Shown here piece after piece: positions 40,472 through 50,425 of a DNA stretch of 64,000 bases. Source of the stretch: Microcoleaceae cyanobacterium (GTDB lineage Bacteria; Cyanobacteriota; Cyanobacteriia; Cyanobacteriales; Microcoleaceae); the NCBI GenBank assembly GCA_051652765.1, contig JBOFUV010000034.1:96001-160000 (forward strand), given 5' to 3'. The first letter of the stretch is position 1; each line of letters begins with the position of its first letter. The notes beneath the pieces were generated by a model, which saw only the letters and a list, made by a program, of their open reading frames with translations, ran no database searches and was not told where the DNA came from. The position numbers were made by a program, and so were the translations under genes.

Positions 40472-41345
40472 GGTTAAGGGCCGTTTGGGTCAAGTCCTGC
40501 TGGGCGGCTTGGGTCACCGAGGTAATGGCTTCAAGGGCAGGGAAAGATTGACCTGTTATTCCCAGCCACAAAAGATATTCAATATTTCCTGCGGGGCCTA
40601 GGAGTGGCGACCAGGTTAATCCTTGATACTGCCACCCCAATGCTTCAGCCCCACAACCCACTTGAAAAATTGCCTGAGCGTGATCAGCCGGATTTCGAAC
40701 AACTCCCTTTTTCCCCACCCGTTCTCTTCCCACCTCAAACTGAGGTTTGACGAGCAAAATCAACTCACGCGGGGACTGGAGCAACGACCAAAGTGCCGCA
40801 AGAACTTTTGTTAGGGAAATGAAAGACACGTCAACAACCCCTAGGTTTGCATATCTGCACCCAGTATTATCTGCGGTTGAATTCTTGGCAAGGGGATCAA
40901 ATTCGCCATCCTCAAACTCACCATAGAGCTGTTCTGGGGTGAGGTAGCGTAAATTCGTGCGTTCCTTCAAAATCACCCGTTCATCGTTTCGCAATCCCCA
41001 ATCCACTTGGCCATACCCAACGTCAATGCCATATACCCGCTCTGCCCCTGCCTGTAGCAAACAATCCGTAAAGCCTCCAGTTGAAATACCGCCATCCAGA
41101 CAAACTCTACCGACCACAGAAATCTGGAATACCTTAAGGGCCTTTGCTAATTTCTCTCCCCCTCTGGACACATAGGGCGATCGCGCCTTGACTTCAATCT
41201 CGGCATTCGGGTCAATTAGAGTACCGGGTTTGTCCAGCCGCTGGTGATTCACTTTGACAACCCCCGCTTGAATCAACCGTTGTGCCTGTTGACGGGAATT
41301 ACATAAATTGCGCTCAACTAGAACCACATCTAATCGTTGTTTCAC
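40458..41345 (-). CDS. tlyA: TlyA family RNA methyltransferase
   Basis: S4 domain, YVSRGGEKL, DGGISTGGFTD, DVSFISL, LVKPQFE, GNIEYL. Confidence 0.93.
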   Translation of the reverse strand: MKQRLDVVLVERNLCNSRQQAQRLIQAGVVKVNHQRLDKPGTLIDPNAEIEVKARSPYVSRGGEKLAKALKVFQISVVGRVCLDGGISTGGFTDCLLQAGAERVYGIDVGYGQVDWGLRNDERVILKERTNLRYLTPEQLYGEFEDGEFDPLAKNSTADNTGCRYANLGVVDVSFISLTKVLAALWSLLQSPRELILLVKPQFEVGRERVGKKGVVRNPADHAQAIFQVGCGAEALGWQYQGLTWSPLLGPAGNIEYLLWLGITGQSFPALEAITSVTQAAQQDLTQTALNHDEC

Positions 41346-41388
41346 ATTTCACAGAGTTGTTTCACGAAGGTTAAAACTGCTAAGAGTA

Positions 41389-41590
41389 CCGTGAGTTCTG
41401 ATTCAGAAAAGGCAGGGGAAGGAATTAGTATTCTATGTTTAGTTTAGAAGAACTTGTTTGCAGCGTCGATAACTTTTGCCAGACCTTTGAACTGTAGCAG
41501 CGACAGCAACTCTTTAAAGCAGGGCTGCAAACTCGTGAGCGACTATAACAACTGAGTCTGAAGGAGACATAACGAGTCTGATGGCTTTCA
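41389..41590 (+). mobile_element. Degenerate IS982-family remnant (left end + transposase N-terminus)
   Basis: From ATG 41435: MFSLEELVCSVDNFCQTFEL*QRQQL...QLSL with stops; resembles the IS982 LFC.VDDFC N-terminus; CCGTGAGTTC end-like sequence. Confidence 0.65.
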
Positions 41591-41814
41591 CTACGGACGC
41601 AGTCACTAACATGTGAGTACCAATTGGCGCTTTTCTACCGTTGCTGTGTTAATTTTGATGGGTAGGGGTGAGGTTGCCTCGCTCTTGTACAAAAGTCTAT
41701 TGCATCAAAAATCCCTTGAGGGTTCAGCCAAATCAACTTCTAGGCGCAACGGCTTGAATTAGAGAATGTTGGCCTGCATAATTTTAGTTAGAAGGTTTCA
41801 GCAATTTAACTGCG

Positions 41815-42564
41815 GTGGCTCAACAGACGAAACAACTGGAAAAATCTGCTCTACCCAGCTACATTGTCCATGTGAGTTTGAGAGCGAAGCATGTCCGTCT
41901 CAAGGTTTCTGTTGAGTATGGGGTAGAGGTTGTTGTCCCCCATGATTTTGATCATAGTCAAATTCCAGAAATTCTTCAGAAAAAACAGACTTGGTTGAAG
42001 GCGGCAAATGACAGAATTGCTCAGTATCGCCAGCTCTTTTTGACTGAATCATCGACTCAACTCCCGGAGTCAATTGCGTTACGAGCTTTAGATGAGGAGT
42101 GGACAGTTCGCTATCAAACAACCTCATCAGCTCGAATTTCAACGACGCAACAGTTCAGTTATCAGTTGACGGTGCAAGGGCTAGTTGAAGATGAGGCTGC
42201 CTGTCGATTGTCTCTCAGGCGATGGATGAGCCGAAAGGCCCAAGAACATTTGTTTCCTTGGTTACAGGAACTCAGTACTGCCCACAACTTATCATTCGAG
42301 AAAGCCTTGATTAGGGGCCAAAAAACGCGGTGGGCCAGTTGTTCTTGTTTAAAAACCATTAGCCTCAACTATAAACTGCTATTTTTACCCCCCCATTTGG
42401 TTCGTTATGTTCTGATTCATGAACTCAGCCATACCGTTCACCTCAATCACTCCAAACAGTTCTGGGCCTTTGTCGCAACCCTCGACCCCGATTACAAAGC
42501 ATCTGATCAAGAGCTAAAAGAGGCTTGGCGCTATGTACCCCTTTGGGTAGAACATTTGAAGTAG
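41815..42564 (+). CDS. YgjP/DUF45-like M48-family metallopeptidase-fold protein
   Basis: QKTRWASCS, YVLIHELSH, NHSKQFW. Confidence 0.88.
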   Translation: MAQQTKQLEKSALPSYIVHVSLRAKHVRLKVSVEYGVEVVVPHDFDHSQIPEILQKKQTWLKAANDRIAQYRQLFLTESSTQLPESIALRALDEEWTVRYQTTSSARISTTQQFSYQLTVQGLVEDEAACRLSLRRWMSRKAQEHLFPWLQELSTAHNLSFEKALIRGQKTRWASCSCLKTISLNYKLLFLPPHLVRYVLIHELSHTVHLNHSKQFWAFVATLDPDYKASDQELKEAWRYVPLWVEHLK

Positions 42565-42678
42565 TGACTCAAAAACCCCCACGTCTAGATCAAGAATGAG
42601 GGCTTTTTGAATTGAAACAGTCAATTGAAACAGTCACTATAAACAATGCGTGCAGGAGGAGAATTATCTCTCTAGAGA

Positions 42679-43098
42679 TTACTGCCCTAAAACTTGATCT
42701 TTGTAAACTTGGAACTCTTTAGCGAGTTCCTGACGGTTAGAAGCCCGCAACAAGTAGCGATAGACAAACCAAGCAGCAAATCCTATTCCAATGAGTTCAA
42801 ACATTGGAGCAAGGAGAGGAATATCGTTCAATGCATCAACCATTGCGAACAAAAGCTTCAGAGCAACAAATAACGTTACGATCAAAATAACCGTAACGAT
42901 TGGCTTTTGATATTCTCCAAAGAAATTGGAAACGTAACCGGGTAACTCCGATAGCACGGCAACAACCTTTTGCTTGATCTCATCTACCTGGCTAGAGACC
43001 TGATCTGAAACTGAATCCTGAGTGAGATTCCCAACTGATTCAACATTCAAGTCCACTGGAGAGAGAGGGGTCGGGCTTGGGGTATTTGACTCTGACAT
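42679..43098 (-). CDS. CAAD domain thylakoid curvature protein (CurT-like)
   Basis: LNDIPLLAPMFELIGIG..AWFVYRYLL...RQEL. Confidence 0.88.
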   Translation of the reverse strand: MSESNTPSPTPLSPVDLNVESVGNLTQDSVSDQVSSQVDEIKQKVVAVLSELPGYVSNFFGEYQKPIVTVILIVTLFVALKLLFAMVDALNDIPLLAPMFELIGIGFAAWFVYRYLLRASNRQELAKEFQVYKDQVLGQ

Positions 43099-43600
43099 TG
43101 TGGTCTCCTTTTCTCGAAATGCAATTGAAACTCAGGACAGCAAGCTAACGAAAACAATGCTTTGCTAGCAGTAAAAACCAGAGTAGCAGTCTTTCAGGTC
43201 TCATTACTACTGACTTTTGTTAAGTTGTGTAAACTTTGCCGATGCAAATCCGTTGACCTGTCCTAAAATCAACCAGGCTACTACCTTAATCTAAAACAGC
43301 CATGTTGAGTAATGGTGTTAAAGAAACGTTAAAGTAAACTGACAAATCTTTAATCAATTCATAGATTTGGGCAAAGATTTTCATAAAATCACCCAGTACT
43401 CTCTCTATTTTTAGCAATTCATTCTGTAGCTAAACCTATAGATTTCTGCTCCGAGGATCTCTAATTCTTGTTAACTAATTCTTGCTAAGTGACTAGGTAT
43501 AATTAGGGAGTCGAACCCTGTAATGCTACACTGCCCCCTAAACCAGGAAGGAGCGGTCTCCAGTCGCTTTTTTGTCGAGGGGATGAAGATCTTAACTACA

Positions 43601-43780
43601 TCATAAAACATCAGCGATTGCCTCCTGAGCAAACGTCTCCAATTTACCGTTTTCGATGTCTTGCTCGATCTGCTTGTCCCAGCGTTCGTAGTCTAAATCA
43701 AGAAACCACAGCCTCAATTTTTCAAACTCATTCGATGGCAAGGAAAGGATTGCCGCTTCAATTTGCTCAACGTTTGACAT
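43601..43780 (-). pseudogene. Small antitoxin-like protein (59 aa), apparently 3'-truncated; last cassette of array B
   Basis: MSNVEQIEAAILSLPSNEFEKLRLWFLDLDYERWDKQIEQDIENGKLETFAQEAIADVL*; below the ORF-track size cutoff; GAGG RBS. Confidence 0.6.
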
Positions 43781-43930
43781 AGCTGCTTCTACCTCTTTGC
43801 TCTTGAGAAAATTATAGCCTTCCCGAAAAGGCGGTGTACTTTTGTATCTGAAACTGCCGAGCTTTGCTCTCGAAAAACTCTTGAACCCTGCCAGTAAAGC
43901 GTGCGGTTACACCCCCACTCAGGATCTGCG

Positions 43931-44013
43931 GCATAACGTTCCTGGTCAGCGGCGGCTAATAACTTTGCATCCCCACTGAGATCTCAATACCGTCCGCACC
44001 AGGGTTGTTAGCC
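43931..44013 (-). other. attC site (83 bp)
   Basis: Minus strand GGCTAAC...GTTATGC; arms CCTGGTGCGGACGG / CCGCCGCTGACCAGG; the upstream gene's TAA lies inside R''. Confidence 0.88.
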
Positions 44014-45253
44014 CGCCGCTTCAACACCTGCATTGAAACGATATTCAGCCAAAAGCCTCCGCAAATAGCGAAGTGCTAATAAGCACAGAGGAAAAACATA
44101 ATCATCAGGTGGCGTAAAGTTCCCATGCACAATTTTGTTTCTCCCGGTAATTATTTCACCACCACTAGACACATCAATAGGTATAATTTCTTGCTGCTCA
44201 AGCCACTGGAGTTTACGAGTCAGCCCATTAAAATCTCCTGGCTGCTTCTTTGCTCTAATTAACATCATGTTCACAATTGCTTCAATAGAAGGATACATAA
44301 CCCGTAGTGAATCTTGGCACTTGCCATCTTGGTAAAGCTTTATACTCGTTTCAATAGATTGTCGGTTTGCGTCATCAATTAACTCGTGTTTATTCACAAC
44401 CTCCAATACTTCGTCAAGCTCTGATGATGAACCTTTATAGGTATCACCGATTTCCTCTGATTCAATTAGTGATTTGGCAGCATCGCGCAGAGGATTATCT
44501 TCGGACAATATTCGTTCAACTACAACCTTACCTAGAGGCGTAAGCCTAATTTTCTCTGGATCATCTTCGTTCCGCTCTTTAAGAACACCTAGACGAAACA
44601 AAATGTCTTGCTGAGGCGGCATCAATTGTGGAATATTTTGACCACTAGGTTGTAGGTTAAACTCTTCTCTCAGTAAATCTAGATTTATGTGGCGGAAATC
44701 ATACCTGCTAGTGCTAAACAGAGAATCAACACCTAATAAAAAAGTAACAGCCTGTACAGGAGATAGCTCAAGAAACAGCCTTCCAAGTCCCGTAACATTC
44801 CAATGAGAATCTTGATAATCCCATGAAATTAACCAACGATCCTTAGCAAAGGTATATGCTTATTGTCTGTTCGTCACCGTTACGCTCCCATACCTCAACA
44901 AGTGCCGCTATTAAGTTTCCCTCAAAGTTGCGAGCCTGATAAATTGGTCTGTCTTCATCGGAGAGCCTAATATCAATACCTTCCGTGACAAGCTTGAAAA
45001 CAGTACTTTCATCTACTATTCCTATCTTTCTGAGATATACACCACATACTCGAACATACTCATCAAATAGCCCTTCATTGAACCATTCGAGCAAGGTGTA
45101 ATTATCACTATCAACTTCGCGTAACTTCTGAGCAGCATACTCTCGTAAGCGCTGAGTTAAAGCAGGTGCAACTGAACTATGCTCAATAATTGTGCCACCA
45201 CTCACTTGAATGTCAGCAATGATTTGCTTAATTGCGTCAATAAAACTCAGCAT
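44008..45253 (-). pseudogene. ~414-codon gene with C-terminal HEPN (DUF4145-like) domain, split by one frameshift near 44845-44862
   Basis: The frame of ORF 44008-44625 stays open up to 44859 and overlaps the end of ORF 44843-45253; RNKIVH = RX4H. Confidence 0.75.
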
Positions 45254-45397
45254 TGATAAAAATTTTAGTCTTAAATTCAGAATCTACCTGCTATTCTAAT
45301 CGATCGCCCTGTTTACCATCTTATAAGTGACTTACGGCAACTTGGCATTGAGCACAAACAGATAACCTCGCGCTCATGTCCTCATCAACAATTTGAG

Positions 45398-45483
45398 GGC
45401 TAACGATTGAGTTGAGCCGCCGCAGATAACCTTTGGTTCCAACAGATAACCTCTCGGCGGTCGGCTCCAACGACTTGTTATAC
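45398..45483 (-). other. attC site (86 bp)
   Basis: Minus strand GTATAAC...GTTAGCC; arms GTTGGAGCCGACCGC / GCGGCGGCTCAAC with bulged bases; 7 bp after a stop codon. Confidence 0.9.
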
Positions 45484-45490
45484 CGCCGTG

Positions 45491-45832
45491 TTAATCTCCA
45501 CTAATTTCCACTAACTTTTCACCAGAACGTAGTAGCTCTAGTGCTTCTGGTAAAACCGAATTCAAAATCTCTCGTAGCCGAGCATTTGACGTATTTCCGC
45601 AAGTCAACCAAATGATTTGCGGGGGTGCTCCCAATCGATCGACTAAATCCACGAAATCACTGTCTTTGGTCATGAAAATAACTCCTTGAGCTTGTGCAGC
45701 CTCAAAGATTTCCGGATCTTCGGCATCTCGCAACCCAAGATCACGTAAAGCTAGTGCTGTCACCCCAAATGTATCTGTAATCCAAGTTGCGATTGCGGGT
45801 GACAAGTGTGCATCAATCCAAATCGTTGTCAT
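45491..45832 (-). CDS. DUF5615 PIN-like toxin (VapC45 type)
   Basis: IWIDAHLSP, DPEIF, MTKDSDF, WLTCGNTSN. Confidence 0.88.
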   Translation of the reverse strand: MTTIWIDAHLSPAIATWITDTFGVTALALRDLGLRDAEDPEIFEAAQAQGVIFMTKDSDFVDLVDRLGAPPQIIWLTCGNTSNARLREILNSVLPEALELLRSGEKLVEISGD

Positions 45833-46053
45833 GCAACTAAAACAGGATGATTGAGTTTACGTGAAGCGTAGACAAGTGCCGCTCTCAAATCATCCATTTC
45901 TAGATCGGGTAGTTCCTCTAAAATCTCTTCGGAACTTAGCCCTGCTGCGAACAAATCCAAAACATCAGACACTCGAATCCTCATACCACGAATACAGGGG
46001 CGACCACCACACTGTCTGGGATTTACTGTAATTCGTTCAAGTAGCTTTGACAT
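45829..46053 (-). CDS. DUF433 antitoxin
   Basis: ITVNPRQCGGRPCIRGMRIRVSDVL; ATGA overlap with DUF5615. Confidence 0.92.
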   Translation of the reverse strand: MSKLLERITVNPRQCGGRPCIRGMRIRVSDVLDLFAAGLSSEEILEELPDLEMDDLRAALVYASRKLNHPVLVA

Positions 46054-46080
46054 TTGAAGCAACCTCCATAAGATTAGCGT

Positions 46081-47133
46081 CTATCGAAAAGCACGTTCGT
46101 TCATCTCCTCGAAAAATAGCTCCTCGCTTTGAGTTGCCATTCGTAATGCTATGCGGTCTTGTAGAATTCTTGAATTAAAGTTTCTACGAACCTCTTCGTC
46201 AACACGATTGAGCAAAAATGGTATTTCGTGTCCAGCATGATTCATCTGACAGTCAGCCGTCATGATGCGAAGCATATTCTCTAGATGATCTTCATGTACT
46301 TCAAAACCAAACACTTTGTTTCTTGGCTTGAAAATACCCCTTAGAATGCGAGTAGCGTCGCCGTTCAGAAAGGAGGATAATGTTCCTCTAGAACTCTCGC
46401 CCTGATTTCTGTTAGGAACATTGCTATTTGACAGGTGATCGTGAAGCGTTTCTACGATGAAGAGTTCTCCTGTTCTCAAGGCACGGGCAAAGGTTGAAAA
46501 TACTACATTTGCCTTGATGTTTTTCATGACCCCAATGCATTGCTTACCACTGGAAAATAGGCTTTCATAAAGATCCACACCTTCCTGGGTAGCTACGAGC
46601 CACTCATACACCAGCGTCCCATCAAAAAATATGTAAGGTTCCTCAAGCTCTAAGCCGTGTCTGACCTCAAAGTATCTGAGATAAGCGGTTGAAGAAATAC
46701 CAAAGAGAGCCTGTTCTTGTCGAGCGATGAAATCATTGGTATCTCTAGAATCACCAAGATAGGCTCTACTAGACCAATAATGTAGTGAATCCTGTAGAGG
46801 GCGGCGGTGAGAGATACTCCCAATTCCTACGCACAAGGCTTGTCCTGATGAGTACATTTGCAAAGGAAGCGCAGGGGTGCCATCAACGGAAGCAACTTGC
46901 CCTTGCTCTAATTCCGGTGCATTACTAAACAACCCAAACTCAATCTGACGTAGCCTCGGTCTACCTCCCGACAGCGAACTTGATGACTCCATTGCTTCTC
47001 TTGCTTCGCGAGTGATTTGCCTTGCTTGCTCACTATCCAGCATTTCGACGACATCATCAGCTACGCCTCCAAAAGTTGTAGCAAATTCGTCGCGAGTGAT
47101 GCGTCTTGAGCGTCTGACTAACTCACTAAACAT
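46081..47133 (-). CDS. NurA-like nuclease (RNase H fold)
   Basis: ASVDGT, FFDGTL, IGVMKN, EIPFLL..VD: spacing typical of NurA motifs. Confidence 0.65.
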   Translation of the reverse strand: MFSELVRRSRRITRDEFATTFGGVADDVVEMLDSEQARQITREAREAMESSSSLSGGRPRLRQIEFGLFSNAPELEQGQVASVDGTPALPLQMYSSGQALCVGIGSISHRRPLQDSLHYWSSRAYLGDSRDTNDFIARQEQALFGISSTAYLRYFEVRHGLELEEPYIFFDGTLVYEWLVATQEGVDLYESLFSSGKQCIGVMKNIKANVVFSTFARALRTGELFIVETLHDHLSNSNVPNRNQGESSRGTLSSFLNGDATRILRGIFKPRNKVFGFEVHEDHLENMLRIMTADCQMNHAGHEIPFLLNRVDEEVRRNFNSRILQDRIALRMATQSEELFFEEMNERAFR

Positions 47134-47138
47134 AGTCT

Positions 47139-47644
47139 CTAGTTTCCCATTTTTTCAAATACATTAAGAACACAGGTATCCGATCTCATTCTACGATCGC
47201 GCTTTGCCATATTGTTTTTTGTCGCACTACCAGGCTCCTGTTGCCGACCGCGAGAAACATAGGTCGTGTCAAGCCAACTTAAGCCACAAGCGATCGCCAT
47301 CGAAGAAACATCTGACGGAACATCATGATTTGGGTTTTCGGGTCTAAGCCCACTCCACTTAGGTAAAAAGATGCATAGCCTCCCGCTAGGGTTCAAGGAT
47401 TCAGCTAATGCGGCTATTACTTCTTTCATTATAGAAAGATAGTTATCATAACTCTTAGCAGATGCTAGCTGATCATCAAATAAGTGACTAGACTGTCCGT
47501 AGTACGACGGATCGATAAAGATCCAATCAGCTTTAATTGGCAGAGGATTTCGCGCATCGTGCTTTTTAATAAAGCGACGACGGGGGTACAAATCAAACAA
47601 CTTGATTTTTAACTGAAAGTTAGAGTCTTTCTGCCAGCGATCGC
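47139..47644 (-). pseudogene. 5'-truncated amino-(N4/N6) methyltransferase
   Basis: FDLYP, HDAR.PLP, DWIFIDPSYY (DPPY-like), L.PSGRL; SAM-binding motif I absent; frame open up to the HIP1 site at 47637-47644. Confidence 0.65.
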
Positions 47645-47728
47645 TCTCCTAAATGTTTCTGAGTCAAGTTTAGCATTCACTCCTAACCGATAACCTCGCT
47701 GGCACTGTCCTAGCCCAAAAACGAAGCT

Positions 47729-47815
47729 AGCTAACGATTGAGTTCACCCACTACTGATAGCTTTGGGACTAATCCAGTAATGCTATTGCAGGTCGGGTGC
47801 AGTGATTGGTTAGCT
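47729..47815 (-). other. attC site (87 bp)
   Basis: Minus strand AGCTAAC...GTTAGCT; shares the 3' end AACTCAATCGTTAG with attC 45398-45483. Confidence 0.8.
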
Positions 47816-47940
47816 CGACTTGGGCGAGCTGACTGTCTCTTGACTCAGCAAAACGACCAGCGCAGATGATGCAAACCCTCTCTCAACATAGTCAGTCGCC
47901 CTTCGGTTTAACTCCACAGGGAAGCTGTGGTTCGCTGGCA

Positions 47941-48046
47941 AGATAACGACCAAGATAAGCAGATTTTGAGAGCGGCGATTGCTTTTGGGAGGAAACTAAA
48001 ACTTGCAAATCCGCTCTCAAAATTCCGCTGCAACGACTTGTTATAC
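47941..48046 (-). other. attC site (106 bp)
   Basis: Minus strand GTATAAC...GTTATCT; inner stem TTTTGAGAGCGG/CCGCTCTCAAAA; shares GTATAACAAGTCGTTG with attC 45398-45483; 4 bp after a stop codon. Confidence 0.85.
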
Positions 48047-48050
48047 GGCT

Positions 48051-49925
48051 TTACAGAGGAATTAGCTTACTCTCATCATTAAACTCAGCAAATATGTATT
48101 CATGAGCGCTTTCTGGAACGGTGTTATCAGACACAATAATTTGCAAACGATTCTGATACTCCTGACCAACTCGGATTATATAACTATAAATAGCTTCAAT
48201 ACGTTCACGATCCAATCCCTCATAGCCGATATTGCCAGATAGACCATCAATTAACAAGATATTGGGAAGTTGTAAGTCAAAATGAATGCAGGTTAGTTGG
48301 TGTGCTAAGGCATGGGCAGTATTAACCATCACCTTGAGACCTTGAGACTCCAATTCATCAAAACGTCTTCCCTCAAAGCGTGGTAAGTACGTTTTGCGAT
48401 CAATAATTGATGGTCCCGGATCTGAAAAAGATGGTACTCGAATTTCCCGTAAAATCGCTTGATAAGTGTTGTCCAGAAAAATCAGATAGCTCTCAAAATC
48501 TGAAACTCGGCTATTAGCTAGATCAATAGCCACATCTAACTCTTCAAGACGAGATTCAAGTTGTTCAATAGTGCTGATAGCCTGATCTTGCCGATTATAC
48601 AGTCCGAGATATTCTTCTAGACGCTGCTTCTGCTCCTGTAATTGGGTACGATGTTGTTCCACCTGTGCTATCTGCTCTGCTTGTTCGGAGACGTAGCGGT
48701 GAGTCCGGTGGTTTATCTCGGAGGATAAAGCTTGGCGTTGTGCATCCAATCGAGCGATTTCCTGTTCGATGCCAGTAGTTGCAGTTCGATGTGCATCAAC
48801 TAGTTCAAAAGTTTCAGTGATTTGTTGTTCTAAGCGATCTTGTTCCTTGATCAAATCATCTTGGGTTATTTGCGGTTCTGGTTGTTGCAAGCACAGATAA
48901 CATATTTCTGATTCAGTTCGGGATGGTTGAATAGAAGAGCCACAGCGTGGGCAAGAAAGGAAATCGAAATCAAGCAAATAGTTTCCTGCCACAATCGACT
49001 TGGTAAGTCTGGCACTTTGAGTCTGTAGTTGGGCAATGAGACTCTGTTTCTGTTCAAGGCTATATTGCTCATACTGAAGATTCTGATGAAATTCATCTAA
49101 TTGTCGCTGCACTACTAAGAGGCTGCTTCGTAACTCGTCCGTATTTGTATAACTTCTAATTTCCTGTCCTAGATTTTCCGAATCTGAATGTGCAGTTTCT
49201 AGTTCTCTAGTCACATTATTAAGATTATGGACAATAGCTGCTCGATTCTCAAAAGGTGTTCCAGTAAGAAATTCTTCAATTGTTTTAGTGTAATTCTGCA
49301 AACGCCGAATTTCACTGACTGTTTCACGGCGTTTCATCTGTAGCTGAGCTATTTCAACATCATATTTGCCATAAATAACTTCAAAGACGTACTTACGCTT
49401 GTTGTTTTTGTGAGGATTGGTATGTTCAAAAACGCTACTATCAATTTCATCTTGACGGAGATGGCAATACATCATGTAATCATTGATAGATAAAGGTGAT
49501 GTATCACTGTCATCTTGAGTTGGCGCTGTAGGAACTCTCAAAGTTGGCAGGTTGAGTTTTTCCAGCAACCACGTTCCGTAGGTCTCTTCATCGGACTTAC
49601 CACGCAAAGCTGGTAAACGTTTCGCCTCATTCTCACCAGCAATAGAAACCATTGCATCACTTGTCGTAACGAAAGGTCTGATAATCTCATATGCATTGTC
49701 GCCAATGAGAATCTCTCCAGCAAGATTGGTGATGTTCTCACGAGCTTCTCTTGAAAAATCTTTGAGCACTGAACCCAGCAACCCACGAAAGCACTTAATT
49801 AGGGTTGTCTTTCCAGTTGTGATCGAGCCAGTAATAACGTTTAATCCAGGTGCTAGAGAAAATTCACGCTCAATGCCCAACAAGTCGATTTTATTAATGT
49901 GGATTCTCATAACTTTTGGCCCCAA
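48051..49925 (-). CDS. SMC/Rad50-like ABC ATPase (Lamassu LmuB / ABC-3C)
   Basis: GSITTGKT Walker A, coiled coils, CPRC...CYLC hook, ESQG signature, LLIDG Walker B. Confidence 0.85.
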   Translation of the reverse strand: MGPKVMRIHINKIDLLGIEREFSLAPGLNVITGSITTGKTTLIKCFRGLLGSVLKDFSREARENITNLAGEILIGDNAYEIIRPFVTTSDAMVSIAGENEAKRLPALRGKSDEETYGTWLLEKLNLPTLRVPTAPTQDDSDTSPLSINDYMMYCHLRQDEIDSSVFEHTNPHKNNKRKYVFEVIYGKYDVEIAQLQMKRRETVSEIRRLQNYTKTIEEFLTGTPFENRAAIVHNLNNVTRELETAHSDSENLGQEIRSYTNTDELRSSLLVVQRQLDEFHQNLQYEQYSLEQKQSLIAQLQTQSARLTKSIVAGNYLLDFDFLSCPRCGSSIQPSRTESEICYLCLQQPEPQITQDDLIKEQDRLEQQITETFELVDAHRTATTGIEQEIARLDAQRQALSSEINHRTHRYVSEQAEQIAQVEQHRTQLQEQKQRLEEYLGLYNRQDQAISTIEQLESRLEELDVAIDLANSRVSDFESYLIFLDNTYQAILREIRVPSFSDPGPSIIDRKTYLPRFEGRRFDELESQGLKVMVNTAHALAHQLTCIHFDLQLPNILLIDGLSGNIGYEGLDRERIEAIYSYIIRVGQEYQNRLQIIVSDNTVPESAHEYIFAEFNDESKLIPL

Positions 49926-50425
49926 GAAGCACTAGTAACCTCAGGAAAATGCTGGTAAATGAAGTCCTTAAGCTTACTACCAGTAAGATTAAAATTCTGT
50001 TTCAATAGTTTGATACGCACGTTGGTTTCTGACCAGCTTTGTTCTTTCGACAGGGCTTTGGCAATCTGACTACCACGCTCTGTAGTGCGATAGCTCAGAC
50101 CTCTTTGATTCGGAACCGTTTCGACTAAACCTTTACCAATAAGTCTGCCAAGTATAGCGTAGTATGCGGGATCCCAAGGACCGTATCGATAACGAATCAT
50201 ACGCCCTTCAATATTTTGTTGCTCCTCAGCAGCTACTTCCATAACTTGATTCGATGAGCGAATGGCTAGAGCACGTTGCATAAAGCTAGGATAACGTAGC
50301 AGAAAATCAAGTTTGGCTAACTTAGTTCTGCCTTCTAGAGATTTAGTCGATGTAGTAAACGCATTAATAAGCAGCAGGATGCGTGCTTCGCTTTCGATGG
50401 AAGGTTGAAATAGTTCCTTACGCAA
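49907..50425 (-). CDS. ABC-three-component middle component (LmuC-like, wHTH)
   Basis: EGRTKLAKLDFLLRYP, MIRYRYGPWD; overlaps both neighbours. Confidence 0.75.
   Translation of the reverse strand: MRKELFQPSIESEARILLLINAFTTSTKSLEGRTKLAKLDFLLRYPSFMQRALAIRSSNQVMEVAAEEQQNIEGRMIRYRYGPWDPAYYAILGRLIGKGLVETVPNQRGLSYRTTERGSQIAKALSKEQSWSETNVRIKLLKQNFNLTGSKLKDFIYQHFPEVTSASWGQKL

Noticed and set aside
43500..43580. tRNA or tmRNA gene suggested by GGGTTCGACTCCC on the minus strand
   Set aside because: No acceptor stem, CCA end or D/anticodon arms could be built around the T-arm-like hairpin.
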